A stretch of 63,483 nucleotides of DNA, counting the filler, from Octopus bimaculoides (lineage: Eukaryota), in NCBI RefSeq assembly GCF_001194135.2. It is 5 parts of 5 records of this genome, joined end to end, with 100 filler letters (N's around TTAATTAATTAA, not from the genome) between each part and the next. Parts side by side here need not be neighbours in the genome. Positions count along the whole stretch, not along the records: positions 1 to 28,121 come from NC_068983.1; 4 more parts are not named here. One strand, given 5' to 3'. The translations under genes were made by a program, and so were the position numbers. Below are positions 11,875 through 24,629 of the stretch, piece after piece. The notes beneath the pieces are model-generated. The model saw only the letters and a list, made by a program, of their open reading frames with translations. It did no database searches and was not told where the DNA came from. Every line of letters starts with the position of its first letter. The stretch's first letter is position 1.

Positions 11875-12305
11875 ATTTTCTACTCTAGGCACAAGGCCCG
11901 AAATTTTGGGGGAAGGGGCCAGTCGATTAGATCGACATCAGTACACAACTGGTACTTAATTTATTGACTCCGAAAGGATGAAAGGCAAAGTCGACCTCGG
12001 TGGAATTTGAACTCAGAACGTAAAGACAGACGAAATACCGCTAAGCATTTCGCCCGGCGCGCTAACGTTTCTTGTTTCTTTATTGCTCACAAGGGGCTAA
12101 ACATAGAGGGGACTAACAAAGATAGACAAAGAGATTAAGTCGATTACATCGACTTCAGTGCGTAACTGGTACTTAATTTATCGACCCCGAAAGGATGAAA
12201 GGCAAAGTCTACCTCGGCAGAATTTGAACTCAGAACGTAGCGGCAGACGAAATACCGCTAAGCATTTCGCCCGGTTTGCTAACGTTTCTGCCAGCTCGCC
12301 GCCTT
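11875..12305 (-). mobile_element. SINE dimer (tail-A copy joined to tail-B copy at the A box)
   Basis: Two near-consensus copies; junction GCTAACGTTTCT|TGTTTCTTTATTGC at ~12072. Confidence 0.9.
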
Positions 12306-12344
12306 CGAAATGCTCCAGATTACTCTAACTTGTATAAGCCAGCA

Positions 12345-12860
12345 TAAGCGGTCAGGCAAAGCAAGTCCACCGATTAGTTCAAGATGATCACATTCCCCAA
12401 CCGCTAGGGCATCATCTAATTGAGTGGATCCCCTTTGGTCAGATGGTTAACAAATAGTACCATCTAGAGGTTTTGAGGGAGTTCAGAAAAAGATTTCGCC
12501 GCAAAAGTCCACAGTATTTGCACCAGGACGACGCATCAGTCCACAGCTCCATCCTGGTAACCAACTACTTGATAGATGTGGGCATCAAAACTGTCCCGCA
12601 CCGTCTCTACAGTCCAGAATCCTGTGACTTTTTGTTGTTATCCAAGTTGTAGAAAGAAGATGAAAGAGGCTGTGACAAGGGTCTTGAACACCTTAATTTT
12701 GGGAGGACTTTCATGGAGCCTTCCGGAAGTGGCTGGAGCGTTACAACAAATGCATTGAAGTCAGAGGATCCCGCTTTGAAAGAGATTGAGTTTTGTATTT
12801 CTTTGAAATTAATAAATGTCTCTTCTAAAAATGTCTCAAACTTCTGCAATGCACTTTATA
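12345..12860 (+). mobile_element. Mariner transposase 3' relic (DD34D-type motifs)
   Basis: Translates as EWIPFGQMVNK*YHLEVLREFRKRFRRK...LHQDDASVHSSILVTNYLIDVGIKTVPHRLYSPESCDFLLLSKL, followed by WLERYNKCIEVRGSRFE. Confidence 0.85.
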
Positions 12861-13379
12861 TGGTCAACTAGATTTCCTGCATCTTGTTGGTACTTAACTA
12901 TATCAATCTCCAGAAAGTTTAAAAGTAAAATTGGGCTCTGTATAGTTTGAACTCAGAATGTAAGTAACTGTAACAAAACGTCGCAGATATTTTCTCCGAC
13001 AATCTACCGATGCTGCCAATCCATTGCTTAAGTTGTAACCTATATTCTTATTGACCTCAGGAGGGTCAAATGCCAAAGTTCATCCTCAAGATCATACAGG
13101 CACGAACTGAAAAACTGAACGCACTAAGAAGCATCTAAATACCGTGCGATAGTATTTTATCATAATTTATCATAATGAATTTGTCATTACTTCGTTTGCT
13201 CATTTAGAAATACCTGACTGCAGTTCTCTGTTTATCAATCTGTCTGTCTATCAATCTGATTGGTTGGTTGGTTGGGTGTGTGGGGGGTGGGGTTGAAATT
13301 CATTTTATTTACCATAGAACTACAAAAAGAAAAGTATCCTTCAGTAGTATTTGAAACCAGACTACAATGGCCCATGTTT

Positions 13380-13617
13380 TGTTCGATGCTGTAAATATCC
13401 TTTCCACTAAAAGCACAACGCGTGAAAATGTGGAGGAGGCGAGGCTAGTCGATAACATCGACCCCATTATTTCACTGGTATTTATTTCGTCGATCCCGAA
13501 AGGATGAAAGGCAAAGTCGACCTCGGCAGAATTTAAACACAAAACATAAAGACGGACGAAATGCCACTAAGCACTTTGCCCGGCATACTAACAATTCTGC
13601 CAGCTTGCACCTTAATT

Positions 13618-13679
<62 letters not shown>

Positions 13680-13960
13680 AAGAAGAAGAAGAAGAAGAAG
13701 AAGAAGAAGAAGAAGAAGAAGAAGAAGAAGAAGAAGACGGACAAAATATCTCTAAGTATTTTGTCCGACGCGCTAACGTTTCTACCAGCTCGTTGCCTTT
13801 TAATAATCATTTCTACTATAGGCACAAGGCCTGAAATTGTGGAGGGGGTGGGAGCTTATCAATTACATTGACTCCAGCGTTTCACTGGTATTTATTTCAT
13901 CGACTCCGAAAGGATGAAAGGCAAAGTCGACCTCGGCAGAATTTGAACTCAGAACGTAGC
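13380..13960 (-). mobile_element. SINE copies split by a (GAT)n(AAG)n microsatellite (13617-13738)
   Basis: SINE bodies at 13440-13612 and 13736-13960; 13736-13830 matches the array-unit head/tail junction. Confidence 0.85.
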
Positions 13961-14241
13961 TTCGATGCTGTAAATATGCCGCCATGATAAGAATATCTTG
14001 TATTAGCACAAGCCACACATTTATGGACAGTCAGTCGGTCGGTTGGTTAGCTGGTTGGTTGGATGGATGGATGGATGGCAGGTTGGCTAACTGGCTGGCT
14101 GCTATGAGTCATGGTTTCAACGTTGTTCTGTTAATGTAATTAGAAACATCGATCATCGTTAGAAAGGGGTTCCACTCACTGATTAACTTGGGCCACCTGC
14201 TTCCACTCATCTCTTGAATAGGTACGACAGTAATGACTGTA

Positions 14242-14873
14242 AATCTGACGATGATGATGCTGACGACGATGATGATGATGATGACGACGATGATGATGAT
14301 GATGACGACGATGATGATGATGACGACGATGATGACGACGATGACGACGATGAGGACGACGATGATAATGACGATGATGATCATGCTGACGATGATGATC
14401 ATGCTGACGATGACGATGACGACGATGATGATGACGATGTCGATGATGCTGACGATGACGATGACGACGATGATGATGATGCTGACGATGATGATGACGA
14501 CGACGATGATGCTGACGACGATGATGCTGACGACGATGATGCTGACGACGATGATGCTGACGACGATGATGCTGACGACGATGATGGCGACGACGATGAT
14601 GCTGACGATGATGATGACGACGATGATGCTGACGATGATGCTGACGATGATGATGATGACGACGACGATGATGCTGACGATGATGATGACGATGATGATG
14701 ACGATGATGATGATGATGATGCTGACGATGATGATGATGATGATGATGATGACGACGACGATGATGCTGACGATGATGATGACGATGATGATGACGATGA
14801 TGATGACGATGATGATGACGATGATGATGACGATGACGATGACGATGACGATGATGGTGATGATGACGACGAC

Positions 14874-14906
<33 letters not shown>

Positions 14907-14965
14907 GAAGAAGAAGAAGAAGAAGATGATGATGATGATGACGATGATGACGATGATGATGATGG
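14242..14965. repeat. Long compound (GAT/GAC/GCT)n triplet tract
   Basis: Read directly; it produces the poly-D, poly-S, poly-H and poly-M pseudo-ORFs. Confidence 0.95.
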
Positions 14966-15224
14966 TGACAACGGTGAAGAGTGGGGAAGCGGAGTAGAAC
15001 GGGATATAGAAGAGGAGGAGAAGAGGAAAATGAGAGATGGAGGAAATGGGGGAGATGAAAGAGGAAGGAGGACGGGGAGGAAGCGGTGGAGGACGAGGAG
15101 GAAGGGAGGATGGAACAGGAAGTGAGGCAGGGAGGAAGGGGATGAGGGTTGCAGTGTTGATGTCTGTAGAAGTAGCTGTTGTTGCGGTTGCAGAGATGCT
15201 GAATATTATGCTGATGGGTGTGGC

Positions 15225-15374
15225 ATACTGATGCTGATGGTAACGGTGGTGTTGGCAACGATAGCGGTGGAGATAACGATGATGATGATGGTGACGATGA
15301 TGATGATGATGGTGACGATGTTGTTGTTGTTGGTGGTGTTTGTGGTGGTGGTGATGGTGCTGGCAGCGGCGGCG

Positions 15375-15436
<62 letters not shown>

Positions 15437-15500
15437 TTTGATGACATGGTAATGATAATTATAACACTGGTGGTGATGATGATGGTAATGACGATGCAAG
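15225..15500. repeat. Compound (GAT)/(GCA)/(GTA)n microsatellite
   Basis: Read directly. Confidence 0.9.
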
Positions 15501-15595
15501 AGAAGATGATGGCGGACAGAAATGTTGATATCTGGTACATGGAACATCATGGAGGGTTAAATGCCGTCGCCAGAACGAAAAATAACTTCCTCTAT

Positions 15596-15790
15596 CTTCT
15601 TTTACTTGTGCCAGTCAATGGACTGCGGCGGCCATACTGGGGCACTGCGTTGAAGTATTTAATCGAAAAAGATCGATACCAAATACACTGATTGTTATAA
15701 GCCTGGCACTTATTCTATCGGTTCCTTTGTCGAACTGCTTATTTAAGGGGACGTGAGCAAACCAACACTTGTAATGTGGTGGGGAGCAAA
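15596..15790 (-). mobile_element. 3' half of a second abundant SINE family (tRNA head, CORE-like domain, internal microsatellite)
   Basis: CTTTTACTTGT...CAGTCAATGGACTGCGG...CACTTATTCTATCGGTTCC matches copies at 33298, 58100 and 59935. Confidence 0.6.
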
Positions 15791-15954
15791 TAGTACAAAT
15801 CAGAATTTCTTATGAACCTACAAATAACAACGGTGTTACCGTTGTTATTGTTAAGTCCAAGTTAACTCTAAGCTTTGATCGTGAGCCCGACACTCGAACC
15901 ACTGAGCCATGCGCCTTCACATAGCAGTCCTATATTTAAGGTACATCGAAGACT

Positions 15955-16270
15955 CTCTCTCTCTCCCTCTCTCTCTCTCTCTCGTGTCATGGCATATTCA
16001 TGCCGTTGACGAATCATGGCTTGTTCCTCCTCCATTTATTTCTGTCTCTCGCAACATCACCCAGGTCTTTCTCGCCCTGCACATTCAATCCCTTCCTCAT
16101 CCAGTCAAACATCTTCAATCTCTGCCTTCCTCTCGCTCTCCTTCCCACCAGCTCAGTCTCCACCATGTAACGCTCCATTCCGTCAACCCCTCTGAGAAAA
16201 TGACCAACAAATCTCCACTGTCTCTCTCTGATAGTATACATCTTCACTTTCATCTTCTGCAACACTTGAG
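15955..16270 (-). mobile_element. RTE-clade LINE 3' end with (GA)n tail
   Basis: IRERQWRFVGHFLR...GRRARGRQRLKMFDW...ARDRNKWR is the canonical RTE C-terminus and is followed by (GA)n. Confidence 0.85.
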
Positions 16271-17299
16271 GGCATCAATACCAAATGACTCCTCTCTTGA
16301 GAGCTACACAACTACAACAAATGAAAGCATTATCTTACGACCAGGGCCATCTTAACATGATAGGTCTTTGGACAAGCCAATTCACTGAGCCTTCTAATAT
16401 TTATTTATTAACAGCAAACTATCGCATATACGGATCAGAAATGGGTCCATAGACTCGTGAGGCCCCCGGGCAAATAGCCAGTGTGCCTATAATTTAAGGT
16501 GGTATTGCATGTGACTCAACGATAATGGAGGAGGAGGATGCCAATTTTGGATTTTGTATGAATTAAATACGCAAAATTGTGACGCTGCCATAAACCAATA
16601 CAGTGGTGCTTAATAAAAATGTTGATAGAAAGTAGACAGCCAGATTTTACTCTTCAAGACGCACGAATGAACAGAAAAAAATTCATGGCCTTATGCAAAC
16701 CATGTTTTCTGACATACAAGTCGACATGGTATATAACGTAAATATGTAGTTTAAACACTCAAGCATTGTCACAACCTTTCCAGACCCTGCGACATTTTAC
16801 ATAGATTTTTTTGGTCGTCGAAAGTCGTCTTGGTGTTTAAGTCGATGCGTCTTATTTGTTTGTAAATTTCGGTCTGAAAAATTCGATTTGCATGCCAACA
16901 AACACGGTAATTTACAACTAGATTTTACAGTCAAAATGATACTACCTCACGGTGCACGTTTTATAAGATAAGGAAAGAAAACAACTCTCGAACGGAAATT
17001 GTTAGCGACTCTCATTAAAAGAAAAGACATTTTCAAGAAATTAAAAATTGACGTTTGGGAGAACGACACGTTTAGCCTTTCATTTATTTTCCTTAGCTTA
17101 TTCAATTTTAAATTTGCAGGCAATACAGATGGAGAGAGAAATAACATTGATCTAGAAATTAATAATAGGATCGCGGTAGGTTATTTCACTTCAAACCCAA
17201 AAGTTATCAATTATAGATATCAACAGCCAACAGCTGGAACTAGAAAACAATTATAGAAATAAAGTATCAAAAAGTAAGTATATGTGTGTATGTTTGTAA

Positions 17300-17381
<82 letters not shown>

Positions 17382-18339
17382 TGTAGTAATAATAATGCAA
17401 TATCAAACAAACGGCGCAAATAAAAGCATTAAAACTATAAACATTGGAAACGTAAATCAAGATAATAGACCTACTGCAAGCAAAACAAACAAAAGCGATT
17501 TTAAAACGGAATACAATCACATCACAGCCGACATACATACAGAATATTGACCAACAAAGTTGAAACAGAACGAAAATATGAACACAATTGAAAATGAAAA
17601 AAGATCTAAGAGTAGAATTATCTAAAGCTGGAAATTTTTGAATATGACAGTAGTTTAAAGGTGGAAATAGTTAAAGTATCAAAATCGATATATGATCTGA
17701 TCTTCCTATTGACTGACGAAAATCCCAAAACAAAGATAAATATTAATAGTAAATGTAACAATAATAATTTATTTAAAAAAAACGGAAACCAACACTGGAC
17801 CAGAATAGACATACGGGAAACAGATGTGGACATGAACATAACCAGGATAGATCAAATAAACAATCTATTCATCATCCACAGTAGACACAAAGGAAAGTAG
17901 GAATGACTTCAAAAACTTCTCATATAGCAACAGCAAACTCGGCCCACCACACTTACAATCACACACACACACATGCACAAACACACTCGCTATACACAAC
18001 AAAACGTAAAATAGTAAAAACATAGAAAAAGAGAGAAAATAAAAAATCTCCCAACCCTTCATGTGATCTATAGTAAAAATACAAATGTGAATACAAAAAG
18101 AAAAACAAACATAATACAAATGCATAAATAACAAAGAGGTGCGTCTGAGACCAAAGAGCGTCTAAAACAAGAGACCCACGTTAAATTTCAAAGGATTGGT
18201 CGATATCAAATGCAACAACACTTTGCTTTTTTCGTAAAATAAAATAAAATAATTTATCTACAACCCAATTTGATTTTATATATATAACCAATGTTACAAT
18301 AACAAAATAAAAAGGAGTAAGAAACTGTTTGGGAGAATA

Positions 18340-18850
18340 ACGAACAATGGGTGGATTGCTACGGTGACAATTTAAAAACGAAAATTTCTAAAACAATAAA
18401 TACGATAGTAGCCCATACAAACAATTGGAAGGCAACCGGAAATTACAAAGTACCAAACACGTGGCTAAAATATCTAACTGTTATCGCTGCACAAAACCCT
18501 TGCAAAGACCTTCAACTATTTACAAATACGAGAATTTAGCTAATCGTCAAGACTAGAAAAAAAAGATATCAAACCTCAAATCTATTGGTCAATATACAAA
18601 CCTTTACCGTTAATTTTATGGGAAGATATAAATGATCGGATGGGAAACAACGTCTCGGTTTCCAAAGAACAGAAAAATGCTACGGTTGTCTGCTTGGCTA
18701 AAAAAAAAAAAACAGATACTAATAAGCAATATAAAAACAAGAGAAAAATTTGGGGTATGAACATGGCATCGATTGATAAGAATTCTGAAAGCGTTGTCCA
18801 CAGAAAGAATAGTACAAAAGAGGATGTAAAGAATAAATCAATACGTGTCA
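18340..18850 (+). mobile_element. Highly decayed R4/Dong-like RT relic
   Basis: NNWKATGNYKVPNTWLKYLT resembles NWKAPGxDxIxNFWLK. WSIYKPL...GNNVSVSKEQK...NMASIDKNSESVVH parallels the RT motifs at 1-377. Confidence 0.6.
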
Positions 18851-19020
18851 GAAGAGTAACATTCTTAGAGAAATCCCTTTCTTTCTCTCCATTCAATTTG
18901 TGTCCAAGGCTGTCACAATTAAGTAACATATTAAACCAGACTGTCTACAAATACAGTTAATATAGATAAGGTGCCAATCCATCATCTGTGTATGGATGAT
19001 TTCATGTTGTAACCTGTAGA

Positions 19021-19090
19021 TCAGTGGTCTCCGAGATCTTTTGCATTTCGGACCGGTTCCATGCTAGGTAGTTTTCCCACAGACCACTCG
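19021..19090 (+). mobile_element. hAT/Charlie-like terminal fragment
   Basis: CAGTGGTCTCC...TTTTGC...GGACCGGTTCCATG...TTTTCCCACAGACC resembles Charlie-type termini; no partner end was found. Confidence 0.35.
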
Positions 19091-19233
19091 CATAGCAAAG
19101 CACAATAAAGTCTATAATATATGATTTAATTATTGCATATATAATACGTATGTATTACATATATGACACATATAGTACAAAATCACTGTGCAGATTTGCG
19201 ATAGACAATGACATAGAAACAAAATTTTAGAAT

Positions 19234-19470
19234 TTAGATAGGTGGCGAGCTAGCAGAAACGTTAGCACGCCGGGCGAAATGCTTAGCGGTATTTCGTCTG
19301 CTGCTACGTTCTGAGTTCAAATTCCACCGAGGTCGACTTTGCTTTTCATCCTTTCGGGATCGATAACTTAAGTACCAGTTACGCACTGGAGTTGATATAA
19401 TCGACTTAATCCGTTGTCTGTCCTTGTTAGTCCCCTCTCTGTTTACTCCCTTGTGGGCAGTAAAGAAATA
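19234..19470 (+). mobile_element. Full-length tail-A SINE with 19-bp target-site duplication
   Basis: AGAAACAAAATTTTAGAAT occurs at 19215-19233 and 19471-19489; A and B boxes are intact. Confidence 0.95.
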
Positions 19471-19761
19471 AGAAACAAAATTTTAGAATGTATTCTTTCT
19501 GCACAACCCGGTACCAAATAATACCCGGCCAGGTGGTTGGGGATCCCTGATGTAGATGACAAAAACAACAAGTAATCCCTTTATATGAGGGATACAGAGT
19601 CAGGAAAGGAATTGATAGCAGTTATAGGAAAAGCCATCTAGATAGCTTTCATGAAAGAAAAATAATTAACATAAAATAACGTATATCATGTTACATTGTT
19701 TTTTTATATTAAGTGAATTAAACCACGAATAGAACTACAAATCCAGATTTGCATAAATCGA

Positions 19762-19830
19762 TCGATGGTGAGTATGCAGTTGTTTCGATGGTGAGTATGC
19801 AGTTGTTTCGATGGTGAGTATGCAGTTGTT
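19762..19830. repeat. Three perfect tandem copies of a 23-mer (TCGATGGTGAGTATGCAGTTGTT)
   Basis: Read directly; no spacers. Confidence 0.95.
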
Positions 19831-20519
19831 TAATCGACTAGACTATCTACGAAATTAAGAATTAGCAGGTAAATAGGTAAAATACGTGTATCCTTAAAGT
19901 GATCTAAGACAGAATCAGCGTGAAAAGGTGTGACAGGACTAATCCTTTAAATGACAAGTACAATCCATCAGACGGTCTTCTAAATAATCTCTGTCTACCT
20001 GGTTTCACTGACATCCCTTAGGTCAACAGGAAGCTCTACTCAAAGACAATTTCACAATATGTCACAAAGTGGAGTCCAACGCAAGAACTAGTGGTGGTAA
20101 TGCGAATTTCTTAACCATTCGTTCATATTCCGTCCACAAGAGAGTTTAACACATTCAACTAAAACAAAAGGAAAAAACAATCAGAAAAAGAATCATAGAT
20201 ATTCAAGATAAATGTTTAAAACTGAATAGAATGCTAAAAATAATGAGATAGACATCAATACTCTAACAGTTTCAGTTATAAATTACAATTATAACAGTCT
20301 GAGCTACAAGTTAAGTGAATTAACGAGACAAGATAGGAAAAACAAAGACATAACGATTGGGTTGTGAATACACCAACCAAAAGAAAAACGGTATAGAAAT
20401 ATTACACACTGCACTAGAATTGAGCAATGAATTATAAAATATATACTGTAAGACCAAAACAAATACCTGCTAAACAACAACTACTATTAATGCAAATAAC
20501 CACAACAGCATCAAATTTT

Positions 20520-20722
20520 GACACAGGGGGAGCAATTTTTGAAGGGAGAATAAAGTCGATTATATCGATCCCAGTGCTCAAATGGTAATTATTTTATCTA
20601 CTCTGGAAAAATGAAAGGCAAAAATCAGCCTCAGCGGAATTTGAGCTCAGAACGTAAAGTCGGATGAAATACAGCTCAGCACTTTGTCCGACGTGCTAAT
20701 GGTTCTACCAACTCACCGCCTT
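20520..20722 (-). mobile_element. Diverged SINE (Nin-like family)
   Basis: Contains ATGAAAGGCAAAAATCAGCCTCAGCGGAATTTGAGCTCAGAACGTAAAG...GTCCGACGTGCTAAT. Confidence 0.8.
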
Positions 20723-20822
20723 AATAATGATAATAATAATAATAATAATAACGACAACAACAATAACAACTAAAATACTAATAATAATAATAATGATAAT
20801 AATAATAATAATAATAATAATG

Positions 20823-20889
<67 letters not shown>
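20723..20889. repeat. (TAA)n tract
   Basis: Read directly. Confidence 0.95.
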
Positions 20890-20890
<1 letters not shown>

Positions 20891-21506
20891 TCCTTCATAG
20901 CTTCCAGTGTATATAGGTCCCAGCTCTGTCGTGTCTGTGAATATAANNNNNNNNNNNNNNNNNNNNNNNNNNNNNNNNNNNNNNNNNNNNNNNNNNNNNN
21001 NNNNNNNNNNNNNNNNNNNNNNNNNNNNNNNNNNNNNNNNNNNNNNNNNNNNNNNNNNNNNNNNNNNNNNNNNNNNNNNNNNNNNNNNNNNNNNNNNNNN
21101 NNNNNNNNNNNNNNNNNNNNNNNNNNNNNNNNNNNNNNNNNNNNNNNNNNNNNNNNNNNNNNNNNNNNNNNNNNNNNNNNNNNNNNNNNNNNNNNNNNNN
21201 NNNNNNNNNNNNNNNNNNNNNNNNNNNNNNNNNNNNNNNNNNNNNNNNNNNNNNNNNNNNNNNNNNNNNNNNNNNNNNNNNNNNNNNNNNNNNNNNNNNN
21301 NNNNNNNNNNNNNNNNNNNNNNNNNNNNNNNNNNNNNNNNNNNNNNNNNNNNNNNNNNNNNNNNNNNNNNNNNNNNNNNNNNNNNNNNNNNNNNNNNNNN
21401 NNNNNNNNNNNNNNNNNNNNNNNNNNNNNNNNNNNNNNNNNNNNNNNNNNNNNNNNNNNNNNNNNNNNNNNNNNNNNNNNNNNNNNNNNNNNNNNNNNNN
21501 NNNNNN

Positions 21507-21768
21507 CTAAAAACAGAAACAATTCCTATCATAGTAGGTGCCTTAGGTATAATAAAAAAATATTCAGACAAATACATAACAAAAACACCAGGACTTACAA
21601 ATATATATAACATACAGAAAATTGCACTACTGGGTACTGCACACATTCTACGCAAAACACTTTCAATACAGTAAACATAAGAGCACCACAGCAAACCACA
21701 GCACATACCCAAGGCGCACAGAGCTGCGCTCGGTAGTGAAGTGAAAGCACGTTATAAAAATAAAACTA

Positions 21769-21772
<4 letters not shown>
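21507..21772 (+). mobile_element. R4/Dong-like element 3' end (RLE C-terminus plus 3' UTR) ending in (TAA)n; 5' part in N gap
   Basis: LKTETIPIIVGALGIIKKYSDKYITKTPGLTNIYNIQKIALLGTAHILRKTLSIQ*, then a ~100-bp UTR ending ACTACTGAATAATAAT. Confidence 0.9.
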
Positions 21773-21821
<49 letters not shown>

Positions 21822-21825
21822 TAAT

Positions 21826-22920
21826 ATGCACCACCCAAAATCTGACATAAAATGGTTATATATACAAAGTATCGAAGGTGGTAGAAGCCTTATACAGGTA
21901 GAAAACTATTACAAAATAACCACAATAGGACGACAGAAATACCTACTTCAGAAGCAAGTAAAACTAATACAAATAGCCACAAAACACGAACAGAACAAAA
22001 AATTGTTTTCAGTATTTAAGAAAGATGATAAATACAAAAAAGTCATAATACCTAACAACTATGAAGGAAAGGAAGAAATAGCCAAAGCTGTAAAACAACT
22101 GAAATCCAAATTAAAACTGGAACAGCAAAGGATCATGATATAATGATGGCCAGAAAAGCCCTTTTATGACAAATATTGGGTTCAACTAAACAGAAAAGAA
22201 ATAGGCAAAGCAAAATCCCAACAGTGGCTGAGAAGCTCAGGACTCAAAGCAGAAACTGAAGGATTTTTAATTGCAGCAGAAGATCAAAGCCTCCCCATCA
22301 GAAATCCCCCAAAACATGTAATGAAAAGAAGTACAATAAGTAACTGCAGATTAGGGGGAGATGAATAAGAAACAATAAATCATATTGTCTCTGGCTGCCC
22401 AGTCCTGCCTAAGAAAAGACACGCGCCAGAAAAGGTCACAGAAAATGAGAAAGCAACCATACACTGGGATATGCCAATATACATAGATAGAGAAATTAAG
22501 GCCAATAGGGCAGATATAGTTGCCAGAGATTACAAAAAAAAAATCCTGAATGATGTAACAATACCAACAGATGACAAGGTTTCTCTAAAAGATACGGAGA
22601 AACTGTCAAAATACAAAGACCTGGAAATAGAGGTAACTCGAATGTGGAGTCTAAAAAGAAGAAACAATTCCTATCGTTTTAGGCGCCTTGGGTATGATAA
22701 AAAAACATTCAGACAAATGCATAACAAAAACTTCAGGACTTACAAGAATATATAACATACAGAAAATAGCACTCCTAGGCACTGCATTGCATCCTACGTA
22801 AAACAGTTTCAGTACAGTAAAAATAAGAGCATCACAATAAAAAACAGCACACACCCAAGGCACACAAAGCTGCGTTCGGTAGTGCAGTGAAAACACGTGA
22901 TAAAAATAAGACTACTGAAT
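21826..22920 (+). mobile_element. Older 5'-truncated R4/Dong-like copy (post-RT region, CCHC knuckle, RLE, 3' UTR)
   Basis: HPKSDIKWLYIQSIEGGRSL; WLRSSGLKAETEGFLIAAEDQSL; CRL..E*ETINHIVSGCPVL; WDMPIYIDREIKANRADIV...DVTIP...EKLSKYKDLEIEV. It has stops and frameshifts and is flanked by (TAA)n and (AAC)n. Confidence 0.9.
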
Positions 22921-23044
22921 AATAACAACAGCAACAACAACAACNNNNNNNNNNNNNNNNNNNNNNNNNNNNNNNNNNNNNNNNNNNNNNNNNNNNNNNN
23001 NNNNNNNNNNNNNNNNNNNNNNNNNNNNNNNNNNNNNNNNNNNN

Positions 23045-23082
<38 letters not shown>

Positions 23083-23184
23083 TACAACTCAATCACAGAG
23101 CATTAGTCGACCGAGGCTATGGTATAAGGCAGTAACCCAAGTGTATATATGCATGAGTGTGACAGTGTGTGTATGTATAAACTA

Positions 23185-23218
<34 letters not shown>

Positions 23219-24629
23219 CAAAGCATAGCCGTCACTCAGAAGAATATTAACATTTAATAAAATAACAAATGGAAAATCCGAGAACACGTTATGCCATATA
23301 TCAATGGCACGGTATATTGTTTGGTTTTATATAGGAGAAAAGTCATTCTTCTGAACACTATCAAAACCTCAATCAAATACCTGAATACTCAAAAGGAGAT
23401 TATTGGAAAATGCCACTATTTTCCTATGTATTTTCATATGAAAAATGTGGCAGCATAAATCAGCACCAAGCTAAATATATTAAAACAGGTTAAAACAACC
23501 TATCTGAAGAATTACTTTTAGAAACCTTTCAGTAACAAATCCACTTGACATTGGAACTATTAATTTTATAGAACATTTTACCTTCACACGCGCACAGCCA
23601 GTTCGTGTACTTTACGTGACAGTCACATCCTGTTCGTGACTGCTAAAACATTAATAACATTGCAAAAATAATAATACGGCGCTTTATTAATATAAACTAT
23701 TGCTGGACCGAGAGAAATATTACTAAACAAGACTTATCATAAATAATCCCCTGTCAGTGCATTACAGTGCACTTGACAAGAACTGCTATTCATCCAAAGT
23801 GCACTCATGTGGACCTGAAAAGGTTGTATGTGATAGAATGATCTTTTTCGTTGGATAATATTCTTGACTATTAACATGTTATTCATCTGGTGAAACTTAA
23901 CGTAGCAAATAAGCTTGTAAAAGTTACATGATCACACACACTCACACACACACATGCTCAGACATTTGTGCATATATGTGTGTGTATGTATATATATTAT
24001 ATATATATGAAGATATTTGTATATATATGTACATACACACACACATGTATATAAATGTGTGTGTGTGTGTAGTAAGCGGTGGGATATAATATCCAGGCAG
24101 ATACCGAATTTCTCAATGTAAACGTCAAGGCTGGTTCCTTCAGACGTTGCATTTCATGATAAATTTCCTTTAACCTCCATCCGATATTGGACAATTATTA
24201 TGAATAAACTAACTAGAAATAAACATAAAAATTGAATGTTCAAATTCTTCATTCCCCTTATTATCAACAAACGCTTAGTTTTAGAATTGTGGCAGCTGAT
24301 GAAGGAAATATTCTCTATGTGGCCTATGTGTTTTCTGTGCTCTGTTTATCATTTTGTCCACGTTTTTTTGTAACGTCCTGTACCCAGATATGCATCTATA
24401 TATACATGTAGATGTAGGTATGTACATACATGTACGTATATATGCATATACTCACATATTATTTGTATTATTACATGATCGAACGCACGCGTCATCTTTG
24501 CAAGTATATATATATATATACCTTACCTTCAATTTTATCAATTTACTAAATTGAATTAAATTTTTAGTCCAGTATTTTATAGATTTTAATGGATTTTATA
24601 CTCTTCTTTTAGATTTTATACATTTCTTC

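Noticed and set aside
19762-19830. 23-bp repeats as a mini-CRISPR
   Set aside because: They are directly adjacent copies without spacers, consistent with a local slippage triplication.
23750-23825. TGTCAGTGCA…TGCACTTGACA hairpin as a miRNA precursor, or a minus-strand terminal exon
   Set aside because: The stem is too short, extended pairing is poor, and the mature sequence is not recognisable; the ~25-50 codon frame has no supporting homology.
24290-24330. CTGATGAAGGAAA as a hammerhead core
   Set aside because: There is no stem II, stem III or cleavage triplet with a matching stem I.
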